Origin: an uncultured Methanospirillum sp.
GTDB taxonomy: Archaea > Halobacteriota > Methanomicrobia > Methanomicrobiales > Methanospirillaceae
Assembly: GCA_963668475.1 (NCBI GenBank)
Contig: OY764544.1
Span: forward strand, 3,407,986 to 3,471,985
Direction: 5' to 3'
Length of the DNA: 64,000 bases
Below the pieces are notes generated by a model. That model had not been told where the DNA came from and searched no databases. It saw nothing but the letters and a program-made list of their open reading frames with translations. The stretch's first letter is position 1. Each line of letters starts with the position of its first letter. The translations under genes and the position numbers were made by a program. Shown here in pieces: positions 1 through 8,643 of the stretch.

Positions 1-1
1 C

Positions 2-640
2 AAGCTCAACCTGCTCAACGGGATCATGAGGCACGACATCATGAACCAGCTGACCGGTCTGATCGGGTACCTTGATATCCTTGCTGAACTTGTGAAGGGA
101 GAGGAGGCAGAACTGCTGATATCCAAAGAGCAGAATATCGCTGCCAGAATCAAGTATCTGGTAGATCTCACCCGCGATTACCAGGGAATCGGGCTTCATC
201 CTCCTGATTTTATGGATGTAGATGCAGTGGTGTATAAGGTCCTCTCAAGACATGAGTTTGCAGGAAAGATCAGGTCAGATCGATCACTTTCCGGAGTCTT
301 CATCTATGTTGACCGGATGTTTGAGCAGGTTGTATTTGAGATCGTCTCAAACAGCCATATCTATGGGGGTGAGCAGGTGACTGTCAGTTTCTCCTATGAG
401 GTAACTGGCGAAGGGCTTACCCTGATCATAGAGGATAACGGACCCGGCATAGCAGAAACAGAGAAAGAGCGTATCTTCTCCAGGACCGGCCGGGATAGTT
501 ACGGGCACGGGTTATACATGGCAACTGAGATCCTGGATCTCACTGGGATCAGGTTCAGGGAGACCGGGACAGCCGGTCATGGAGCTCGGTTCGAGATCCT
601 TGTGCCCCGTGACGGGTATCGGGTTCAGTCACCCGGGTGA
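2..640 (+). CDS. Sensor histidine kinase, C-terminal part (gene starts upstream of the window)
   Basis: The frame is open from base 2 (KLNLLNGIMRHDIMNQL, H-box). N-box IVSNSHIYG, G1 EDNGPGI and G2 YGHGLY are present, and it ends GARFEILVP. Confidence 0.9.
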   Translation, partial: KLNLLNGIMRHDIMNQLTGLIGYLDILAELVKGEEAELLISKEQNIAARIKYLVDLTRDYQGIGLHPPDFMDVDAVVYKVLSRHEFAGKIRSDRSLSGVFIYVDRMFEQVVFEIVSNSHIYGGEQVTVSFSYEVTGEGLTLIIEDNGPGIAETEKERIFSRTGRDSYGHGLYMATEILDLTGIRFRETGTAGHGARFEILVPRDGYRVQSPG

Positions 641-671
641 ATCAGGCCGGGTTTGTACAAGGTTTACGTGT

Positions 672-1358
672 TCACAAATGGTCAAGCCCTGGAAGGCTCA
701 TAAGGTCCTCGAACTGGTTCAGGACATGATGTGGTTGTATCTCCGGCATCTCAATCTTTATCCAGTCTCCGTACTGCGCAAACACGGTGGTCAGCCCGAT
801 CTCAAGACCCGGTGCAATCTCCCGCCTGAGCGAGTCACCCACAACCCATGTTTCTGAAGGTGTTGTTTCCAGCCGCTCCATTGCCATGAGAAATGAGGCA
901 TGGTTCGGCTTTCTCTGCCCTGACCGGTCAGGGGTTATAAGTACCGGGAATTGCGAGTCTATCCCGAGTCTGTGCATCCTGAGTTCAGCCTGGGTGCTTG
1001 AAGCGTCGGTAACAACAGCAATCTCCACCCCGGCCTCTGTGAGGGTGTCAAGTGTCTCCGAAACTCCCGGGTACAGAGTGATGGTGTCGAGTTTTACTGT
1101 ATCGTAGATCCCGCCTGCTTCTTCTGCCAGTCTCTTTGAGTACACTCCGATGTCTGTTAAGTAATCCGTGATATGGGCGTGATCCTCGAAGTTGTATCTT
1201 GGCCGTAAGAAGTATGAGAAGAGTTCGTCTGCTGATCCCGTTCCTGTAAGATCTATTACTGCATTGCAGGCGGCCCGTTTTGCATCCACGAACGTACAGA
1301 GTGTATTGTCGAGATCGAAGAGGATTGCTTTAGGAGCCTGGGATCTATCTGCATCCAT
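672..1358 (-). CDS. HAD-superfamily hydrolase (subfamily IA)
   Basis: Motif I LFDLDNTL, motif II VTDA, motif III KP, motif IV VGDSLRRE. Confidence 0.9.
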   Translation of the reverse strand: MDADRSQAPKAILFDLDNTLCTFVDAKRAACNAVIDLTGTGSADELFSYFLRPRYNFEDHAHITDYLTDIGVYSKRLAEEAGGIYDTVKLDTITLYPGVSETLDTLTEAGVEIAVVTDASSTQAELRMHRLGIDSQFPVLITPDRSGQRKPNHASFLMAMERLETTPSETWVVGDSLRREIAPGLEIGLTTVFAQYGDWIKIEMPEIQPHHVLNQFEDLMSLPGLDHL

Positions 1359-1507
1359 GTGTAGGTATGAATCTGTTCTGCCTCACCATAGGGTTATTGA
1401 GCAGTCCGGTAGTCTGCCATAAGGTTAACGGCATAAATGCTGCTGAGCAGCGGTTCATTGATTAAGTCTGCAGGAGAGATTATTGGTATACGTTTCATGG
1501 TGTCAAT

Positions 1508-2197
1508 ATGCAGGATGGTCCGGTTGTAATACGCGAAGATGTCACCGTTTCTCTTGATAAGGATCTGATCAACGATCTGCTGGGGATTGCCGAGTCACGT
1601 GAGGCGACCCTGTCTGTCCTGGTACGGGATGTGCTTGGGTCATTTTGCAAGGCGTTTCATGCTGGTTCTGACTGGACGGCAGGAACTCCGGCTGGTATAC
1701 AGGCACCGGAGATGCAGCCTGGAGTGGCCAGGGAGGGTTCTGTCTCTCTTCTGGAGTCCAGGATCTCTGCTCACGATCTGCTTCTTGCTGATCTTCAGAA
1801 ACGGCTTTCAGTTCTCGAGTATACTGCCGGGGTATCACGCACTGTCACCCAGGTACCGCATGAGTCTGTTGCGGTTCAGACAACCTTCTCTCCTGTTTCC
1901 GGGTTGTCTGCAGTCATTGACAGTGAGGAACCGCTTGCAGGTTCGGTCTCTGATGAGGCTCTTGTCAGGATCAGAAAACCGATCGCTCCGGTGATGACCT
2001 CGGTTGATATGAATTCTATCGGGCGAATAAATCCGGAGCAGGTGTACTCACAGACCGAGGCTGCTGCTCTGCTTCACCTCTCGATCTCAACGATCAGGAA
2101 GTATGTCAAGGAACAGAGGATTGGATTCCAGAAGATTGGAAGATCCACGGTATTCAGGGGCCAGGATCTCCTGACCTATATCGCCCGGTCAGGATGA
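1508..2197 (+). CDS. DNA-binding protein: N-terminal ribbon-helix-helix-like region, coiled coil and C-terminal excisionase/MerR-like HTH
   Basis: C-terminal VYSQTEAAALLHLSISTIRKYVKEQRIGFQKIGRSTVFRGQDL matches the Xis/HTH_17 pattern. N-terminal VTVSLDKDLINDL...TLSVLVRDVL resembles CopG-type RHH. Confidence 0.7.
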   Translation: MQDGPVVIREDVTVSLDKDLINDLLGIAESREATLSVLVRDVLGSFCKAFHAGSDWTAGTPAGIQAPEMQPGVAREGSVSLLESRISAHDLLLADLQKRLSVLEYTAGVSRTVTQVPHESVAVQTTFSPVSGLSAVIDSEEPLAGSVSDEALVRIRKPIAPVMTSVDMNSIGRINPEQVYSQTEAAALLHLSISTIRKYVKEQRIGFQKIGRSTVFRGQDLLTYIARSG

Positions 2198-2300
2198 CAA
2201 ACCAGAGAGTATTTTTCTTAAGGAAGTAAGTATTGTATACCGTGGCAGGCCGGGGTGACGGGGGGTCACTCTGAGTTCTGCCTGAATACCGGGGGTCAGT

Positions 2301-2726
2301 ATGCGAATCTGTGGGTGGGTTATTCTTCTTGGTCTTCTGGTTTTTCTGTTTGCTTTACTGGTTGTGCCTGTGTATGCAACATCAGAGCAGCATTCGCCCA
2401 CGATGATCATTCCCACCAAATACCGCCTGATGATGATGGATATGATCGAGGAGGAGAAAGCGGCCTCTCCGGTTGCAACCCCGACTCCGGATATACCGAC
2501 GCTGTCAGAGAGATCAGAGGACTCTGTCTCAGTCAGCAGTTCTGATGAGAGCGCCCTGCTTTCTGCGGGTCTGAAGCGTGATGCCTCCCGGAGTTATATG
2601 GGTCGGGGTTTCGTTCAGACGAATTTTGACGTGAGTTTTGACGAACAGGGCCGGAGGATCGATAATCATGAGATGTTCTCGGCCCGGGGGCTCTTTGATG
2701 TTCACGTGACTCATGGGTTGAATTGA
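2301..2726 (+). CDS. Secreted or membrane-anchored hypothetical protein
   Basis: 141-aa ORF with a hydrophobic N-terminus ending VYA, followed by a Pro/Ser/Thr-rich linker. Confidence 0.6.
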   Translation: MRICGWVILLGLLVFLFALLVVPVYATSEQHSPTMIIPTKYRLMMMDMIEEEKAASPVATPTPDIPTLSERSEDSVSVSSSDESALLSAGLKRDASRSYMGRGFVQTNFDVSFDEQGRRIDNHEMFSARGLFDVHVTHGLN

Positions 2727-2745
2727 TGTCTTCGGAACCTACGGG

Positions 2746-2752
2746 TATAAAT
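2746..2752 (+). promoter_or_regulatory. Probable TATA box of tRNA-Val
   Basis: TATAAAT about 27-33 bp upstream of the mature tRNA 5' end. Confidence 0.55.
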
Positions 2753-2778
2753 CTGTAAACCGGTAACCTAATAGGGCA

Positions 2779-2852
2779 GGGCCTGTGGTCTAGTTGGTTA
2801 TGACACCGCCTTTACACGGCGGAGGTCCGGAGTTCGAATCTCCGCGGGCCCA
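2779..2852 (+). tRNA. tRNA-Val (anticodon TAC), intronless, CCA not encoded
   Basis: Acceptor stem GGGCCTG/CGGGCCC plus discriminator A; D-arm TAGTTGGTTA; anticodon arm CCGCC-TTTACAC-GGCGG; T-loop GTTCGAATC. Confidence 0.97.
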
Positions 2853-3286
2853 TATATTCTAAACAGCTTGTTACGTGATTGTAAAAGCAATCGCTGCTTT
2901 TCTTTTTATTGACACATTAAGGGAATTCTACCCTTTAATCAGAATATATGTCTTTTTTATTTTTTACAGACAGAATACTGGCGTTACCATGTATAATTCA
3001 TGACTTTAGTTTAAATCAGGGCCTAATTCTTCACTAGATCTGTATTTTATCTCTGGGAAATGAGCATGAAAGGTAAAAAGGGAATGATTTATTATAGGAA
3101 GGGATATATCAACTATCAAATGACAGGATTTGGTCATCAATAGTATCAATTCAACATATTTTTTGAATCGTTTGAACTATATATGAGCATAATTCAATAT
3201 CTTAAAAAGCCAATAAATATCAATTGGTATCTGTCTTAGCGATGACTCCTGTCATTGAAAATTATTAATTTGTTATATCTTAAATT

Positions 3287-4093
3287 ATGCTAATTCCAAT
3301 AGAATCTCTAGATGATGGAGAATTTAAAGATGCTCTGGTTTTACCTAATGATGAGCAAAAAATTTGGAAGTTTATGGACTTTACAAAATTTTGTAGTCTT
3401 TTATTAGATCAATCGCTATATTTTTCAAGATTGGATCAATTCGAAGATACATATGAAGGGTTTTCATCAGATTCATATATCGAAATAAAATGCAGAGATA
3501 ATATTGCAAATAACAAATTCCCTCTAACAAATGAAAATGTAGAGTATGTAAAGAATTTATACGGGATTTACACCCGATTTTTAAGAAAAACATCCTTTGC
3601 TTGTTGTTTCCATATCAATAACATTGAGTCAGCTGCTCTGTGGAAATTATATTCTAAAACAAATGAATCCGTTGCAATCCAGACAACAGTGGGAAGATTG
3701 AAGTTATGTCTCGAAAAAAATCCTAAATGTAAAATCCATCTTGGAAAAGTTATCTATGATGAATCACAGGTAAAAAAAGAATTAATTGACGACAAGATAT
3801 ATCGGTTTTTTATTAAGAGAAAAAGTTTCGAATGTGATAGAGAATTAAGAGCCATTATTCAAAATTCATTCACAATTGACGAATATTTAAAAAATAATAA
3901 TCCTAAATCCATTGGTTTTAATGAGAATAATAATTTTTTACAAAATCCTTCAATTGAAGATTTACTCAAGATAGACACACTTTATCAGGATGGTATACAA
4001 GTCAAAGTAAATCTAAATGAATTGATTGAAATAGTTTATATCGCACCCAATGCTCCCAAGTACCCTAGATTCCCGGAAATCTGTAACGAGTGA
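3287..4093 (+). CDS. DUF2971-family protein, C-terminus possibly truncated
   Basis: Family-type motifs IWKFMDFTKF..LL...LYFSRLDQFED.YEG, CCFH.N..ESAALWKLY and KRKSFE.D.ELR. The sequence is very AT-rich. Confidence 0.75.
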   Translation: MLIPIESLDDGEFKDALVLPNDEQKIWKFMDFTKFCSLLLDQSLYFSRLDQFEDTYEGFSSDSYIEIKCRDNIANNKFPLTNENVEYVKNLYGIYTRFLRKTSFACCFHINNIESAALWKLYSKTNESVAIQTTVGRLKLCLEKNPKCKIHLGKVIYDESQVKKELIDDKIYRFFIKRKSFECDRELRAIIQNSFTIDEYLKNNNPKSIGFNENNNFLQNPSIEDLLKIDTLYQDGIQVKVNLNELIEIVYIAPNAPKYPRFPEICNE

Positions 4094-4543
4094 GGAAGTA
4101 AAATCTTAAAATTGATTGCAAAATTAAAAAATGATTGATTATAGGGGATTAAAATTTTTATCCTCGTTATGTATTTTTAGCACACATAACGATTAGGTGC
4201 AATTTTCTAATCTCTATAATATTATCTTCATTTAGATAAATTTCTTCGTATACCTCTCGGACCTTTTTCCATCGTTATGTGTTCCCGGGAATCAAGGAAG
4301 TACATTCTTTCCCTCGTAGGAAAAATAATTAAACTCGCAAACACTGAAGATAAATTTAGATTTTCTGTAAAACCATCTGGCCTATTTAATAAGCCGAATT
4401 ACTGATTTTTGATTATTTTATAATTAAAAAGCCAAATAAAAAAATTCTAAAATAACTAGCGTTCAAAACTACTTCATATAGAAGTTTGCCATTCTATCGC
4501 CTTTAGAGCGAACATTACACATCTGTCGCATCAAACATATCTG

Positions 4544-4639
4544 TCAATTGAATCTTACAGATACGCGACCCGCTCTGGTACGATAGAGGTTACTCTCAGC
4601 CCGGGCCATCCAGTCTTTAACAATTTCCCGGTTTTTCAT
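4544..4639 (-). pseudogene. HEPN-domain toxin, N-terminal 31-aa fragment only
   Basis: MKNREIVKDWMARAESNL..RAGR is the typical first helix of the HEPN partners of MNT. It overlaps the MNT 3' end and stops after 31 codons. Confidence 0.65.
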
Positions 4640-4942
4640 ACAGGAGACCTTCCCTGTCTGTGCGATCTCGCGATAGATAAGATGAGGATTTGTCTTGTAC
4701 CTATTGAAGGAGTCTGGCGTCTCAACCAGAATATCGACAGGAGCCTCAACTTCCCATAATTGCTGGTATAATTGCATTGTCAGTTTTCTTCTCTCACTGA
4801 CCCCTGTTTTTAAGATACAAAGGTCATAATCACTGTCATCCTGTTGGGTCCCTGTTGCTCTGGAACCAAAGAGTATAATTGAATCAGGATCTGCAGTATC
4901 AACGATTATTCTGATGATCCCGGAGAGAACAGAATCGTTCAT
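4617..4942 (-). pseudogene. Minimal nucleotidyltransferase (MNT antitoxin-like), frameshifted at its 3' end into the HEPN fragment
   Basis: IILFGSRATG..QDDSDYDLCIL motif. The usual MNT end (LYEKPGNC*) lies in a different frame at 4643-4617. Confidence 0.8.
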
Positions 4943-5179
4943 AATTGTGTTCCTTGAATTATACCTCTGTATCAGCTTAACGGTTGCTATATCCTCTTCA
5001 CTTTCTATCATTCTTTTGTTGATCTGTTTCCAGGAAAAACTGGGTTCATTAAGGTACAACACATTCCGGTGTTTGAGCAGAGTATGTCCTACAAAACAGA
5101 CTAATTACATGACCAGTAAAAAACCTGTTCTTCAGGGTATAATTGCCCTGAATGAGGTCTTTTCGTCGGCTAAAAAAAT

Positions 5180-6142
5180 TTAACGGTATGTTTGATTCTT
5201 ATGGATATTATCAATGCCCCATTTTGCATTCTTATTATCTGGATTTAATTTAAGGGTTTCATTGAAAGCATTCAATGCCTCTTCTGTTTTACCCAATCCA
5301 CTCAAAATATATCCTTTCGTTAGCCAGCCACTTGAAAACTGCGGATTAACTTCAAGTGCCTGATTTATGACTTCAAGTGCTTCGTCATATTTATCCGTAT
5401 TCTCCAGAATGTAGGCCTTATTATTTAATGCGACAACATCCTTCGGATTTGCTTGAATTGCTAAATTTATTATCTCCATTGCTCCTGAAAAATTATTGGA
5501 TTTTATGAGGGCATTTCCTTTATCATCCAAATGCTTAACTAAATTTTCTATTGTTTCTTTTGCAAATGAATTATCTGGATCCAACTCAAGTGCCTTGTTT
5601 AAGGCATCTATAGCTTCACTATCCTTGTCCAATGTAGAAAGGACATATCCTTTTCCTGTCCATGCATCAGCACTTTCTGGATTTTCTTGAGTATCCTGGG
5701 TAAATATTTTTAAAGCTCCAGAATAATCCTTCTTTGTAAGTAAATCACTCCCCTGGTTAAACAGAGAATCGCTCCCGTTTTTGAAGAAGGTCTCTTTTCC
5801 CAAATGATCTGATATTGACTTTTTCGTGTTTAATGCCTGAGGATTTTTAGGATTAAGCTCAAGAGCTTTATTCACTGCATCAAGTGCTTCGGTATAGCGA
5901 TTTAATTTTTGAAGAACGTAGGCTTTACCATTCCATAGTGCTGTATTAGTTGAATTTAATTGGATACCTTGTTCATACGCATCCAATGCACCGGAATAGT
6001 CATTATTTTTATAAAGTAGTGTATTTCCTGTGTTGAGGAAATCATCTGCCGAATCAGCATGAACTCCTGCTAAAACCAGTGTTACCAGGAGGCAGTACAT
6101 AACGAGGGAAAAGATCGGTTTCATGAATAGTTCTCCATTCAT
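5180..6142 (-). CDS. Secreted tetratricopeptide-repeat protein (start may be 6124)
   Basis: Signal peptide ending VHA, then repeated W..K...L..L.(R/K)..EA(L/I).A.N.AL.LNP TPR units. Confidence 0.9.
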   Translation of the reverse strand: MNGELFMKPIFSLVMYCLLVTLVLAGVHADSADDFLNTGNTLLYKNNDYSGALDAYEQGIQLNSTNTALWNGKAYVLQKLNRYTEALDAVNKALELNPKNPQALNTKKSISDHLGKETFFKNGSDSLFNQGSDLLTKKDYSGALKIFTQDTQENPESADAWTGKGYVLSTLDKDSEAIDALNKALELDPDNSFAKETIENLVKHLDDKGNALIKSNNFSGAMEIINLAIQANPKDVVALNNKAYILENTDKYDEALEVINQALEVNPQFSSGWLTKGYILSGLGKTEEALNAFNETLKLNPDNKNAKWGIDNIHKNQTYR

Positions 6143-6215
6143 GTGTCTTTATTTGTGTTCCTTTAAGTCCCTATTGCAAAGCAATTATGCCGGTCAGAAA
6201 CGGGCTACTCACGAA

Positions 6216-6665
6216 TTATTTACTATTTAACATCTCATCAAGGATCTGAGCAGCTCCCCGGACCAGTTCAGGACACACCTTCTTCGCCGCTCCAACCCTC
6301 TTTGATTCTGCAAACTCCTCCGGGATTGCCATATTGTATCCCAGGAGATCAGGACACTGGATTGACCCGAATTTTGCGACAAACCTCTCGATAAACTCCT
6401 TGTCAAGGGCATAACTTTTGTCACGCCATTCAGGCTCATCAAGAGAGTTCATCCCCCTGATAAGACCGAGAACCAGTATGGCACCGCTCACTGCCCCACA
6501 CAAATTCCCGGTCCTGCCAACCCCTCCTCCAAATCCTGTTGCGATCTTCCGTGCCAGAACCGGGTCAAGTCCGTGTTCTTTTGCATACACAGAAAAGACA
6601 GACTGTGAACAGGTATACCCTTCAGCTAGCAGGTCAACTGCCTCTTGTGCATGATCCATATTCAT
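6216..6665 (-). CDS. C_GCAxxG_C_C family putative redox-active protein
   Basis: GYTCSQSVF, GFGGG.GRTGNLCGAVSGA, GSIQC..LLG and KVC motifs. Confidence 0.9.
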   Translation of the reverse strand: MNMDHAQEAVDLLAEGYTCSQSVFSVYAKEHGLDPVLARKIATGFGGGVGRTGNLCGAVSGAILVLGLIRGMNSLDEPEWRDKSYALDKEFIERFVAKFGSIQCPDLLGYNMAIPEEFAESKRVGAAKKVCPELVRGAAQILDEMLNSK

Positions 6666-6926
6666 ACATCTTCATTTGCCGGGATATCAATATCGAATAG
6701 ATCAGAAATGATCGTATCGGAAGGTTCTGGATATCATGTAAAACGAAGCCTGTTCGATATCCTGTATCCCTTCCAGATCCATAACCTTAACTCTTTTTCT
6801 GCTACATACTCACGAGTGCTATAGGGTAGAATTTCCACGTCACCCACGGTGCCAAGTTTTCCAGGATACTATCATTCTTTGAGAATCAGGCTCTTCTATC
6901 TGATAGTGCGGGAGAGTGTGATATAG

Positions 6927-8489
6927 ATGAATAATAATCTGGTAATTCTTTCAGTTTTGATGATCTGCCTGGTAATCGTTGGTATCTCTGCCGGTTCTTC
7001 TCAGAATGAATCACCATCAACAATAGTAAAGACAGATACTGGTTTAATATCGGGTTTTCATCAGGATAATATCCGTGTCTTTCATGGCATCCCATTCGCT
7101 GCACCACCAACCGGAGAACTACGATGGAAGCCCCCGGCACCTGTAACACCCTGGGAAGGTGTCAAAGAGACGAAGGAGTATTCTGCAACCTGCCCTCAAC
7201 GGGTTTCCACCGGTAAGACTCCTTCGTCAGGATCGGAGCCGCTCAACATGAGTGAGGACTGCTTATATCTCAATGTCTGGACCCCGGCAAAGAGTGATGA
7301 CGAAAAACTTCCGGTAATGGTCTTTTTCTATGGGGGAGGATTTGCTGATGTGGCTGGATCCATGCCTGTCTATAATGGGACCACCCTGGCTGAAAGAGGG
7401 GTTATCTTGGTCACCCCTAACTACCGGCTTGGAGCACTGGGTTTCCTTGCCCACCCGGAACTGGATGCCGAATCTATGCATAATAGTTCAGGAAATTATG
7501 GAATTCTCGATCAGATTGCTGCTCTTGAGTGGGTCCAGCGAAACATCGGATCGTTTGGGGGTGATCCGTCCAGGGTGACAATATTCGGGCAGTCAGCCGG
7601 CGGTGAAAGTGTTCTGATCCACCTGATAAGCCCGGAGAGTAAGGGCCTTTACCAGCAGGCAATTGTCCAGAGTGGTCCTTTCTGGGCAAACGGGGCCATC
7701 ATTAATGCCACCCATTCCAAGGAGAATGCTGAACAATTTGGTGAATGGTTTGCACAAAACCTTGGCTACTCCCGACCTGATGCCATTGAGCAGATGCGAA
7801 ATATCAGTCCCGAAGACCTGATCAATGCAACACCGTGGTCACCGTCCTCATTCCGGACTACCCACACGGTCATGTTTGAGCCAACAATTGATGGATGGGT
7901 TATCCCGGACACCCTGGACACCATGTTCCGTCTCCACCAGGAAAATGCGGTCCCTCTTATGATCGGGAACAACGCCAATGACGGAGCAACTCTTGCGGCT
8001 GATGCCAATATGACGGTTCCTGAGTACATATCTTTCCTTACAAACCGGTTCGGCGATGAGGCCGGTGTAGTTCTTGAAAAATATCCTGCGAATTCAACTT
8101 CAGAAGTGCAACTCCGACTGGCAGAGATCATGACCGATTATGATTTCAGTGATTCGGTGAAGTTTGCAGCTGGATCCATGGGGGACATCACCCCTGATAC
8201 GTATCTGTACCGGTATTCATATGTCATTCCCGGTCAGCCATCAGGTGCCTTTCATGGAAGTGAGACCTTACTGTTGTTCGGAGTTCCAGGAGTACCTTCA
8301 GATCCGGTAGTGGCCGGGAATGTGGTAGATCTCTGGACACGGTTTGCAAAGACCGGAGATCCAAACGGTGGAATGAATATCACCTGGCCGAATTACACCA
8401 AGAAGAAGGGTCAGTACCTTGATATCGATACAGTCCCGAGTGTGAAGAGCGATAATTCAACGAGTGCCCTGTTTCAAGACCTCGAATAA
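6927..8489 (+). CDS. Secreted type-B carboxylesterase/lipase (paralog 1)
   Basis: Signal peptide; GIPFAAPPTGELRW, SEDCLYLNVWTP, YGGG oxyanion region, nucleophile FGQSAGG, catalytic His in GAFHGSE. Confidence 0.95.
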   Translation: MNNNLVILSVLMICLVIVGISAGSSQNESPSTIVKTDTGLISGFHQDNIRVFHGIPFAAPPTGELRWKPPAPVTPWEGVKETKEYSATCPQRVSTGKTPSSGSEPLNMSEDCLYLNVWTPAKSDDEKLPVMVFFYGGGFADVAGSMPVYNGTTLAERGVILVTPNYRLGALGFLAHPELDAESMHNSSGNYGILDQIAALEWVQRNIGSFGGDPSRVTIFGQSAGGESVLIHLISPESKGLYQQAIVQSGPFWANGAIINATHSKENAEQFGEWFAQNLGYSRPDAIEQMRNISPEDLINATPWSPSSFRTTHTVMFEPTIDGWVIPDTLDTMFRLHQENAVPLMIGNNANDGATLAADANMTVPEYISFLTNRFGDEAGVVLEKYPANSTSEVQLRLAEIMTDYDFSDSVKFAAGSMGDITPDTYLYRYSYVIPGQPSGAFHGSETLLLFGVPGVPSDPVVAGNVVDLWTRFAKTGDPNGGMNITWPNYTKKKGQYLDIDTVPSVKSDNSTSALFQDLE

Positions 8490-8643
8490 TATAATCTCCA
8501 TTTTTTGACCATCCCATAGCACCATCCCGGGATTTTCAGGAGATCTTGAGATGACCGCTGATAACCGGGGTGGTAATCGAATCAAAATGAATAGAATAGG
8601 ATTCTTACATCATTTTTAAATAGAGAATGACCCCAGTAGAATC

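Noticed and set aside
4069-4303. TTCCCGG(A/G)AATC...GGAAGTA occurring at the DUF2971 end and again near 4282
   Set aside because: The match is short and imperfect with different spacing, and cannot be told from chance.
4943-5062. 40-aa N-terminal extension of the MNT ORF in the ORF track
   Set aside because: The MNT fold starts near Met at 4942; the extension is probably non-coding or a fragment of another decayed gene.
6666-6900. Possible decayed minus-strand coding fragment upstream of the C_GCAxxG_C_C gene
   Set aside because: It has stops in all frames and no family could be recognised.
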